Shown here piece after piece: positions 28,059-35,259 of a stretch of DNA of 64,000 nucleotides (within the stretch, counting starts at the first letter, position 1; every line of letters begins with the position of its first letter). The notes below the pieces were generated by a model. It ran no database searches. It was not told the origin of the DNA and saw only the letters and a list, made by a program, of their open reading frames with translations. A program made the position numbers and the translations under genes. This stretch comes from Caldimonas sp. KR1-144 (GTDB lineage: Bacteria; Pseudomonadota; Gammaproteobacteria; Burkholderiales; Burkholderiaceae_C), in NCBI RefSeq assembly GCF_049446155.1, contig NZ_JBMSEE010000005.1, forward strand, positions 140,315 through 204,314, written 5' to 3'.

Positions 28059-29425
28059 AAGTCCTCGTCTGCGGCTCCACCGGCTGCGTCGGCCAGGCCG
28101 TCGTGCGCGCGCTGCGCTCGCGCGGCCACGAGGTCGTCGAGGGTGCGCGCAGCGCGCGTGACGGCGACCGCTCGATGCAGGTCGACTTCATGCGCGAGCG
28201 CACGCCCGAGGCGTGGGCGGCGCGGCTGTCGGCGCGCGGCGTCGACGCGGTCGTCAACTGCGTCGGCATCCTGATGGCCTCGCGCACGCAGAGCTTCGAA
28301 CGCGTGCACGCCGCCGGCCCGATCGAGCTGTTTCGCGGCGCGGCCCGGGCCGGCGTGCGCCGCGTCGTGCAGATCTCGGCGCTCGGCGTCGGCGACGACG
28401 CCGACAGCCTCGCGATGCCCTACCTGCGCAGCAAGCTGCTGGCCGACGAATCGCTCGCCGCGCTGCCGCTGGACTGGACCGTGCTGCGACCCGCGCTGGT
28501 CTACGGTCCGCGAAGCCAAAGCGCGGCGCTGTTCGCCACGCTCGCGAGCCTGCCGGTCATCAGCCTGCCCGGCGGCGGCACGCAGCGGCTGCAGCCGATC
28601 CACGTCTTCGAGCTGGCCGAAGCCGTCGCGCGCCGTATCGAGGACGACACGCCGCATCGCGAGGTGCTGGAGCTCGGCGGCGCCGACGTGCTGAGCTACC
28701 GCGAGATGCTCGCGCGCTATCGCGACGCGCTCGGACTCGGCGAGGCACTGTGGTTGCCGCTGCCGATGCTGCTGATGAAGCTGGCCGGCTGGCTGGCCGA
28801 AGCGCTGCCGCAGAAGGTGTTCTGCCGCGACACGATGCGCCTGCTCGAGCGCGGCAGCGTGCCGGCGCGCAACGCGGCCGCGGCCTTGCTGGGCCGCGCG
28901 CCGACCGCGTTCGCGCAAGGCCTCGCGATCACGCGGCCCGAGGCGATGCTCAACCTGCGCGTCGAGCTCAGCCCACCCGTGGCGGCGCTGATGCGCGCCT
29001 CGCTGGCCTTCATGTGGCTCTACACCGCCCTCGTCAGCGCGCTGCTGCGCGACGCCTCGGGCGTGATGGCGCTGCTGGCGCGCTGCGGCTTCGAAGGCGA
29101 TGCCGGCATCGCGGCCCTGGTCTTTTCCTGCACGCTCAATACGGCGCTGGGCCTGATGGTGCTGATGCGGCCCTCGGCACGGGTCTATGCGCTGCAAAGC
29201 GCGGCCATCGTCGGCTACACCGTCACGGCGGCCGTGCGCATGCCCGAGCTGACGATCGACCACTGCGGTCCGCTGGTGAAGAACCTGCCGATGCTCGCGG
29301 CGGTGCTGACGCTGTGGCTCGCACACCGCGCCCCAAAAGAACAGGGGCGTCCATTTCGCGATGAACGCCCCATCATGAAAGGCCTCGCAGTGAGGCTCAA
29401 CCCTTCACGCACACCACCTGCTTGA
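28055..29425 (+). CDS. NAD(P)H-binding SDR-like reductase fused to C-terminal DoxX-like 4-TM domain
   Basis: GTG coupled start (GTGA). Rossmann motif VLVCGSTGCVGQAVVRAL. The C-terminal ~130 aa are hydrophobic and DoxX-like. Confidence 0.7.
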   Translation: MKVLVCGSTGCVGQAVVRALRSRGHEVVEGARSARDGDRSMQVDFMRERTPEAWAARLSARGVDAVVNCVGILMASRTQSFERVHAAGPIELFRGAARAGVRRVVQISALGVGDDADSLAMPYLRSKLLADESLAALPLDWTVLRPALVYGPRSQSAALFATLASLPVISLPGGGTQRLQPIHVFELAEAVARRIEDDTPHREVLELGGADVLSYREMLARYRDALGLGEALWLPLPMLLMKLAGWLAEALPQKVFCRDTMRLLERGSVPARNAAAALLGRAPTAFAQGLAITRPEAMLNLRVELSPPVAALMRASLAFMWLYTALVSALLRDASGVMALLARCGFEGDAGIAALVFSCTLNTALGLMVLMRPSARVYALQSAAIVGYTVTAAVRMPELTIDHCGPLVKNLPMLAAVLTLWLAHRAPKEQGRPFRDERPIMKGLAVRLNPSRTPPA

Positions 29426-30614
29426 GCGTGTGCGCCACTTCCACCAGGTCGCGCTGCGCGGCCATCACGGCGTCGATGTCCTTGTAGGCCGCGGGCGTCT
29501 CGTCGATGACGTCCTTGTCCTTGCGGCACTCGACGCCTTCGGTCGCGGCGCGGTGGTCGGCCAGCGTGAAGCGACGCTTGGCTTCGCCGCGGCTCATCGT
29601 GCGGCCGGCGCCGTGCGAGCACGACTCGAACGACTGCGCGTTGCCCTTGCCGCGCACGATGTAGCTGCGCGCGCCCATGCTGCCGGGAATGATCCCCAGC
29701 TCGCCGGCCTTGGCGCTCACCGCGCCCTTGCGGGTCACGTAGACCTCCTCGCCGAAGTGGCGTTCCTTCTGCACGTAGTTGTGGTGGCAGTTCACCGCCT
29801 CGACGTGGCTCTGGAAGCTCTTGTGGATCACCGTCTTGGCGGCCTCGATCACGCGCTTCATCATCACCTCGCGGTTGATGCGCGCGAACTGCTGGGCCCA
29901 GCCGACCGCGCGCACGTAGTCGCCGAAGTAGCGGCTGCCTTCCTCGAAGTAGGCGAGGTCGCGGTCGGGCAGGTTGGCCTGATGGCGCATCGCGTCCTGC
30001 TTGGCCAACTCGATGAACATCGTGCCGATGGCGTTGCCGACGCCGCGCGAGCCCGAGTGCAGCATGAACCAGACGAAGCCGGCTTCGTCGAGGCAGACCT
30101 CGATGAAGTGATTGCCCGTGCCCAGCGTGCCGAGGTGCTGGATGTGGTTGGTCTTGGCCAGCTTGGGGTAGTCGCGGCACAGCTCGGTGAACCCGGGCTC
30201 GAGCTGCGCCCAGGCCGTGTTCACCGAGCCGGGCGGCTTCTGCCACGCGCCCGGATCGCGCGGGCCCGGTGAGCGCCCGTGCGGCACCGCGCGCTCGATC
30301 GCCGCGCGCAGCGGGCCGAGGTTGTCGGGCAGGTCCTCGGCCGTCAGCGTGGTCTTGCAGGCGATCATCCCGCAGCCGATGTCCACGCCCACGGCCGCCG
30401 GGATGATGGCCTTGAGCGTGGGAATCACCGAGCCGACGGTCGCGCCGATGCCGAAGTGGACGTCGGGCATCGCGGCGATGTGCTTGAAGACGATGGGCAG
30501 GCGCGCCGCGTTGATCAACTGGCGCTTGGCCGCGTCTTCGACCGGCACGCCCTGCGTCCACATCTTCAGCGGCACGCCGCCGGGGACGTCTTCGTGGATG
30601 TAGTTGGTTCCCAT
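29397..30614 (-). CDS. rtcB: RNA-splicing ligase RtcB
   Basis: 405 aa. Metal-binding H/C motifs (PDVHFGIGATVG, GNHF, CSHGAGR). Full-length RtcB architecture. Confidence 0.9.
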   Translation of the reverse strand: MGTNYIHEDVPGGVPLKMWTQGVPVEDAAKRQLINAARLPIVFKHIAAMPDVHFGIGATVGSVIPTLKAIIPAAVGVDIGCGMIACKTTLTAEDLPDNLGPLRAAIERAVPHGRSPGPRDPGAWQKPPGSVNTAWAQLEPGFTELCRDYPKLAKTNHIQHLGTLGTGNHFIEVCLDEAGFVWFMLHSGSRGVGNAIGTMFIELAKQDAMRHQANLPDRDLAYFEEGSRYFGDYVRAVGWAQQFARINREVMMKRVIEAAKTVIHKSFQSHVEAVNCHHNYVQKERHFGEEVYVTRKGAVSAKAGELGIIPGSMGARSYIVRGKGNAQSFESCSHGAGRTMSRGEAKRRFTLADHRAATEGVECRKDKDVIDETPAAYKDIDAVMAAQRDLVEVAHTLKQVVCVKG

Positions 30615-30632
30615 GTCGGTTCCTTCATGGCG

Positions 30633-31376
30633 TCACTGCACGCATCCTCGTCGCGCAGCGTCCGCATAGTCCTTGAGTTCCTGATCGGCCTTGTCGATCG
30701 AGCGGATGAACGCCTCGACGATGCGATCGATGATGTCTTGTCGCTCGAGATGGCGACCGCAATGGCCGATGCCGTGCAGCGCCGCCACTTGGACCTCGCG
30801 GCAGGGCACGTCCAGCATCTCGCGCAGCACCTGCCAGACGGCGTCGCGCCAGCGGGGCTCGTGCCGCACGTTCCAGAACGTGGGCCACACGTCGAACCAC
30901 ATGTAGCAGACGTAGGCCAGCCGGCCCGTCGTGGTGCCGATCGGCACCCGCAGCGACGCCAGCCTCGGCCCGATGCACTGTCGCCAGAGCATCGGCATGG
31001 CCCGCATCATGCGCATGGCTTCGTCAAGCGCAACGCTTGCATCGATGGCCGCGAACGGCACGTTGCTGACGGCGTTGCTCATCACGTAATTGAGCCCCAT
31101 GCCGACCTGTTCGTCGCCGAAGGGCGCGAGATCGATCCCGGCCCGGGCGAAGAGAACGGTCTGGATCCGCGTCCACTCCAAAGGTGTCGCTTCGAAGTCG
31201 GGCTCGTCGATGTTCCAGTACCACTCCTGATCATGGGTTTGTGGCACCGGTCGATCGAATAGATAGCGCAGCGCCGCTTCGTAGCGTTGCGGCGCGAGGC
31301 CCACGCCTTGCGGGCTCCAGTCCGGCGCTTGTGCGACGCGGCGGCGCTGTGCGCGCGTCTGTCGGCTGTTCATCAT
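30633..31376 (-). CDS. hypothetical Trp-rich protein (247 aa) between SPFH gene and rtcB
   Basis: GGAAGGAAG SD. WYWNIDEPDFEATPLEWTRI...VWPTFWNVRHEPRWRDAVWQ. No recognisable domain. Confidence 0.6.
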   Translation of the reverse strand: MMNSRQTRAQRRRVAQAPDWSPQGVGLAPQRYEAALRYLFDRPVPQTHDQEWYWNIDEPDFEATPLEWTRIQTVLFARAGIDLAPFGDEQVGMGLNYVMSNAVSNVPFAAIDASVALDEAMRMMRAMPMLWRQCIGPRLASLRVPIGTTTGRLAYVCYMWFDVWPTFWNVRHEPRWRDAVWQVLREMLDVPCREVQVAALHGIGHCGRHLERQDIIDRIVEAFIRSIDKADQELKDYADAARRGCVQ

Positions 31377-31432
31377 GTTCTTCCTTCCGAGAAGGGCCCC
31401 GCCGGTAGCAAGCCGGCGGGGCAGGCCACGCG

Positions 31433-32569
31433 TCAGCGTAGCTTCACGAGCCCGTTGAGCACCTGGTCCAGGCCGCCGAACACCGAGATCTTGTCGATGC
31501 GTTCGGCCACCCGTTCCAGCGTCTCCAGCTCCTTCAGACGCAAGGCGGTGGGGTTGTCTTCCATCACCTTGGCCGTGTTGAGCAGCGAGCGCGTCGCGGC
31601 GGTTTCTTCGCGACGACGGATCACGTTGGCCTCGGCCGCCTTGCCGGCCTCGACCACCTGGGCGAGGATGGTCTTCATCTCGCCCGGCAGCACGATGTCC
31701 TTCAGGCCGGCGCTGTCGAGCGCGAGGCCGTAGGCCTCGAGCTTGGCGCGCACATGAGCGGTCACGACCTCGTCAATCACCGTCTTGTTCTCCAGCAGCT
31801 CGTCGAGCGTGCGGGTGCCCACCGCGGCGCGCAGCGCGAACTGCAGCTCGCGGTACAGGTGTTCGGCGGGCTTGTTCAGCGCCGTAAAGGCCGCGAGCAC
31901 GTCGGTGTAGCGGAAAGTGGCCGACAGGTTCAGGCGCAGCCCGACCTTGTCGCGGGTCAGGATCTCCTGGCCCGTCACCTCCACCGCCTGCAGTCGCAGG
32001 TCGACCAGCTCGACCGACACGTTGCGGTTGAACTTCCAGAACGCGTACGAGCCCGACGCGAGCACGCGCTCGGCCTTGCCGTCGACCGACAGCACGCCGG
32101 CGCCGGATTGCGGCACCTGCACCTGCAGCACGCCGGCCAGGCCCGTCACCGCGCGCGGGCGCAGCTGGGTCTGGATCAGTCGCGCGACCACGGGCGCCGG
32201 CACCTCGGCGGTCTCGGCGATGTCGATCACCTCGACGGCCACGTCGACCAGGCCCTTCCAGTACAGGCGCCGCGCGCCCGGCGGCAGCAGCTCGACCAGC
32301 ACGCCGTTCTCGCTGCGCAGGCCAACCTGGGTCTCGCCGAGCTCGACGCGCACGAACTCGGCCTCGACCACCTCGGGCTCCTTGGCCAGCAGGTAATCGG
32401 CGAGGCCGTGCGCGAAGGCCGGCTGTTCGAGCGCAAAGGTCTCGACACGCAGCGCGTCGAAGCCGTCGAACAGCCAGTGCGTGCCGGGCTGCAGCACGCG
32501 TTCGAAATCGCCGTTGCGCAGCAGCAGGCCGCGCTCGTTCTTCTTGACGGTGACACGCTTGAGCTTCAT
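31433..32569 (-). CDS. SPFH/band-7 domain protein (soluble, with ~200 aa N-terminal extension)
   Basis: AGGAG SD. The C-terminal half carries the band-7 core (ILTRDKVGLRLNLSATFRYTDV...AGLKDIVLPGEMKTILAQVVEAG). No TM helix. Confidence 0.8.
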   Translation of the reverse strand: MKLKRVTVKKNERGLLLRNGDFERVLQPGTHWLFDGFDALRVETFALEQPAFAHGLADYLLAKEPEVVEAEFVRVELGETQVGLRSENGVLVELLPPGARRLYWKGLVDVAVEVIDIAETAEVPAPVVARLIQTQLRPRAVTGLAGVLQVQVPQSGAGVLSVDGKAERVLASGSYAFWKFNRNVSVELVDLRLQAVEVTGQEILTRDKVGLRLNLSATFRYTDVLAAFTALNKPAEHLYRELQFALRAAVGTRTLDELLENKTVIDEVVTAHVRAKLEAYGLALDSAGLKDIVLPGEMKTILAQVVEAGKAAEANVIRRREETAATRSLLNTAKVMEDNPTALRLKELETLERVAERIDKISVFGGLDQVLNGLVKLR

Positions 32570-32825
32570 GGGAGTTCTCCTTCTTTGAAAGCGTGTGGTT
32601 GGAATGGGTGCCGTTACAGCCGCGGCCGCGGACGACGAGTGCCTGGGCCCCGCAGCCACGCTGCGCCTCGGCGGGGTCCGCGTCGGATGCCGCCTCGGCT
32701 GGTCGTGGACGAGAAGCCCCGCGTGCTCGGCGCACGGGCGGCCGCCGCTGATGGGCCGGGGCGTTGCGCCTGGCGGCGCGCGGCCTTCGGCCCACGTTCG
32801 GCGGGTGGTCTTGCGACCGTTCTTG

Positions 32826-32896
32826 GGTTGGAGCGGGATTCGAACCCGCGACAGACGAATTGAGGATTCGTTGCTCTTCCGCTGAGCTAACCAACG
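32826..32896 (-). tRNA. degenerate tRNA-like gene (anticodon loop UCCUCAA, reads CUC/Glu; C33; mismatched acceptor termini)
   Basis: Good D arm (GCUC/GAGC) and T arm (GCGGG-UUCGAAU-CCCGC). Acceptor stem has C1.C72 and U7.U66 mismatches. Confidence 0.35.
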
Positions 32897-32897
32897 T

Positions 32898-32967
32898 TGG
32901 CAGTGATGCCGGGAGTCGAACCCGGACCCTTGCGGGATCCCTCTTCATCACTCGGGTGTGCATCGCT
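32898..32967 (-). ncRNA. truncated mini tRNA-like element (acceptor stem + T arm + CCA, central GNRA-capped hairpin instead of D/anticodon arms)
   Basis: AGUGAUG...GGGAUCCC-GCAA-GGGUCC-GGG-UUCGACU-CCCGG-CAUCACU-G-CCA. 55 nt from a perfect 7-bp acceptor; 70 nt if the outer AGCGAUG is used. Confidence 0.4.
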
Positions 32968-33102
32968 TCCGGCAGGGCGGCATGGACGGCGGCGACGCGC
33001 CTTGTTCACGAGACGCGGCCGCCGCCCACCGGCGGGGTTCACGAACCCCTGGGCCTGTGAGCCTTTGCCTTCGACGACGAACGCTTGTGCGCCGGGCTTC
33101 GA

Positions 33103-33678
33103 TCACCCCAGGCGCGATCCTTTCGGCAGGCGCGCGGCCAGCCACTCGTGCACGTCGGCGCGGATGTGCCGGCCTTCGAGCAGAAAGGCCTCGAAGCGGC
33201 TCGGCACGTACGGCAGGTACAGCAGCGGCATGCCCGCTTCCTCCGGCGTGCGGTCGGCCTTGCGGCCGTTGCACGCGCGGCAGGCCGTGACGAGGTTCAT
33301 CCAGGCCCAGCCGCCGCCGCGCGACTGCGGAACGATGTGCTCGCAGGTCAGCGCGCGATCGTCGAAGCGCTGGCCGCAGTACGCGCAGGTGTGGCGGTCG
33401 CGGCGAAACAGCTTGGCGCGACCGAACGCCGGCGCGGCATCGAACAGGTTGATGCGCGGCGCGCCACGCAGCGCGACGATCGGATGCACGTCGATCAGCG
33501 ACTGGCGGCCGCGCGCGACATTGAAGCCGCCGCGCAGCGTGGCCAGCGGACCGTCGCCGTCGACCCACGCCACCGCGCCCGTGGCCACGTGAACGGCCGC
33601 CTGCTCGAGCGAGATCCACGCGTGCGGCGTGCCCTGGATGTCGAGTTGCAGCACGTGGCTGTGGTGTCGTTGGTGCAT
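33103..33678 (-). CDS. HNH endonuclease (191 aa)
   Basis: AGGAGG SD. Motif CAYCGQRFDDRALTCEHIVPQSRGGGWAWMNLVTACRACNGRK (C-x2-C...H...N...C-x2-C). Embedded in the tRNA array. Confidence 0.85.
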   Translation of the reverse strand: MHQRHHSHVLQLDIQGTPHAWISLEQAAVHVATGAVAWVDGDGPLATLRGGFNVARGRQSLIDVHPIVALRGAPRINLFDAAPAFGRAKLFRRDRHTCAYCGQRFDDRALTCEHIVPQSRGGGWAWMNLVTACRACNGRKADRTPEEAGMPLLYLPYVPSRFEAFLLEGRHIRADVHEWLAARLPKGSRLG

Positions 33679-33723
33679 CGGTGGCCTCCTTTCACGGGCC
33701 GTTGTGTGCGTGTTTGATGAACG

Positions 33724-33799
33724 TGGCTGCGGCGGCTGGATTCGAACCAGCGTGCACCGGGTCAAAGCCGGTTGTCTGAGGCCCCTCGACGACGCCGCA
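33724..33799 (-). tRNA. tRNA-Gln (UUG)
   Basis: Manual cloverleaf. Anticodon loop CUUUGAC. T arm CUGG-UUCGAAU-CCAG. CCA encoded. Confidence 0.75.
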
Positions 33800-33815
33800 T
33801 CGAATGTGGATGGAT

Positions 33816-33900
33816 TGGTCCCCTCGGTCCGAGTCGAACGGACATGCCTTGCGGCGCCGGCTTCTGAGACCGGTGCGTCTTCCTGTTTCGCCACGAGGGG
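33816..33900 (-). tRNA. tRNA-Leu (CAG), type II
   Basis: 85 nt with long variable arm. Anticodon loop CUCAGAA. CCA encoded. Confidence 0.75.
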
Positions 33901-33918
33901 TTGTGATGCGCGCTTGGG

Positions 33919-33990
33919 GGTGGCCGGCCGGAATCGAACCGACATCGGCGGGGTCACGGCCCGCAGCCCTGCCATTGAGCGACGGTCACC
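33919..33990 (-). tRNA. tRNA-His (GUG) with G-1/C73, non-canonical anticodon loop CCGUGAC (C33) and A4.C69 mismatch
   Basis: G-1 and C73 His identity elements are present. Anticodon GUG. Leader and trailer extend the acceptor helix by about 11 bp (gcgcttggggg / cccccaagcgc). Confidence 0.65.
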
Positions 33991-34004
33991 CCCAAGCGCG
34001 TGGG

Positions 34005-34080
34005 TGGTCTCGGCGGCAGGGCTCGAACCTGCGACCTCATGCTCCCGAAGCACGTGCGCTGCCAGCTGCGCTACGCCGAG
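34005..34080 (-). tRNA. tRNA-Pro (CGG)
   Basis: Anticodon loop UUCGGGA. Canonical arms. CCA encoded. Confidence 0.75.
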
Positions 34081-34087
34081 ATGGGGG

Positions 34088-34166
34088 TGGTACCCCGTGC
34101 ACGACTCGAACGTGCGACCTCCGGCTTCGTAGACCGGCGCTCTTCAATCCGCTGAGCTAACGAGGT
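34088..34166 (-). tRNA. tRNA-Arg (ACG)
   Basis: Anticodon loop CUACGAA. 11-nt D loop. CCA encoded. Confidence 0.7.
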
Positions 34167-34176
34167 CGGGAACGAC

Positions 34177-34252
34177 TGGCGCCTCGTGCGGGAATCGAAC
34201 CCGCGGCTTCCGGCTAGACAGGCCGGCACTCTGGCCGCTGAGTTAACGAGGC
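34177..34252 (-). tRNA. tRNA-Asp (GUC) with unusual U37 (loop CUGUCUA)
   Basis: Canonical acceptor, D and T arms. Position 37 is a pyrimidine. Confidence 0.65.
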
Positions 34253-34262
34253 ACGATGAAAC

Positions 34263-34337
34263 TGGTGGAGGCGACAGGCATCGAACCTGCGACCCGCTGC
34301 TTGCAAAGCAGCCGCTCTACCGCTGAGCTACACCCCC
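34263..34337 (-). tRNA. tRNA-Ala (UGC)
   Basis: G3.U70 identity pair. Anticodon loop UUUGCAA. CCA encoded. Confidence 0.8.
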
Positions 34338-34445
34338 AGGGAAATGAATGCCATCCGGTGACGGATTCCGGCGCCGCCCAATCGTTGCGGCCGGTTTCCA
34401 CCCTCGAAGCGCGAGCTCGACGAGGGCTTCTGGTTGTTGAGTGAT

Positions 34446-34521
34446 TGGCATCGCGTGCGGGAATCGAACCCGCGTTCCCGGAATGAAAGCCCGGTGTCCT
34501 CGGCCACTAGACGAACGCGAC
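34446..34521 (-). tRNA. tRNA-Glu (UUC)
   Basis: GUCGCGUUCGUCUAGUGGCC...CUUUCAU..., close to the bacterial tRNA-Glu consensus. CCA encoded. Confidence 0.8.
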
Positions 34522-34545
34522 GTGGTCATGCCTTGATTGCTCGAG

Positions 34546-34689
34546 GCTCACTTCGGCTGTGCCCGCCGCGCGAGCATCCCGTCGGATGAGGTGTCTCGCT
34601 GCACGTGGCCCGGGCCCGGGCCGCGCACATCCCGCTCGCCCACACCAGGTTCGCGCGGCTGCGGAGTGCGAGGACACACCCGAAGTGAG
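34546..34689. repeat. 11-bp inverted repeat (gctcacttcgg / ccgaagtgagc) bracketing a ~120-bp GC-rich spacer between tRNA-Glu and tRNA-Gly
   Basis: Seen directly. The distal arm abuts the tRNA-Gly 3' end. The spacer contains cccgggcccggg. Confidence 0.3.
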
Positions 34690-34759
34690 CGGATGACGAG
34701 GTTCGAACTCGTGGCCTCGACCATGGCGTGGTCGCGCTCTGCCAGCTGAGCTACATCCG
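34687..34759 (-). tRNA. tRNA-Gly (GCC) with non-canonical anticodon loop ACGCCAU (C33)
   Basis: Perfect acceptor, D and T arms. Discriminator U. CCA not encoded. Confidence 0.65.
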
Positions 34760-34923
34760 CATTTTTTGCAAGCTCGCGCGCCGGCCAGTACCGGCGGCTG
34801 CTTGCGGCAAGTTGTGAAAGAGCAGGGCCACCGTTGCCGGTGGGGCCGTCCCAGGGAGAAGGCCTGTGCGCGGCCGCCGGCCGCGCATCGGGTGAAGTAG
34901 GTCGTTTCGAGGGCATAAAGCGA

Positions 34924-34956
34924 AGAGGCCCGGTTCCTCTCGGAATCCGGGCCTCT
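34924..34956. terminator. strong hairpin (10-bp GC stem agaggcccgg/ccgggcctct, 13-nt loop), terminator-like, upstream of tRNA array promoter region
   Basis: Seen directly. On the minus strand it is followed by UUCGCUUUAUG. Confidence 0.35.
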
Positions 34957-35179
34957 GCGTACAGAGCGTGGAGGGCGCGCGCCTAGGCGCCGTCCTCTCC
35001 CGGAGACAAGGGATCCTCGCTGCCGCCATTGCGGCCCATTGCCTGCGCGAGGTGCGCGCACGCCTGGCCACCAAAGGCGGCTGCGGCGTGAAGGGCATTG
35101 GGTCGATAAAGCACGATGGATCTCTGTGAATGGAATCGGTTGAATTCGAGCGAGGCTCTTTCGAGCGACAGGCGGAACT

Positions 35180-35194
35180 GTAAAGAGTCTTTAC
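35180..35194 (+). promoter_or_regulatory. 7-1-7 palindrome GTAAAGA-G-TCTTTAC in low-GC region upstream of XRE regulator gene
   Basis: Seen directly. Lies in a ~190-bp AT-richer segment. Confidence 0.3.
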
Positions 35195-35259
35195 TGCGTC
35201 GTCAAGCGGCGGCGACAATCGCATTCGCTTCGTTGCAACGGATCCGCGCTTTCTCTCCA

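Noticed and set aside
28055-30614. 29-bp convergent overlap of the SDR-DoxX gene (ends 29425) with rtcB (ends 29397), and 50-bp overlap of MFS (40767) with LysE (40718), as evidence of mis-annotation
   Set aside because: Convergent 3' overlaps of this size occur in compact GC-rich genomes, and both reading frames remain coding-like to their stops. The true C-termini may be slightly shorter but there is no basis to move them.
34522-34684. Additional tRNA gene in the 163-bp gap between tRNA-Glu and tRNA-Gly
   Set aside because: No T-loop (GGTTCGANTCC-like) or cloverleaf could be folded on either strand. The region is bracketed by an 11-bp inverted repeat and was called as a repeat/structured spacer instead.
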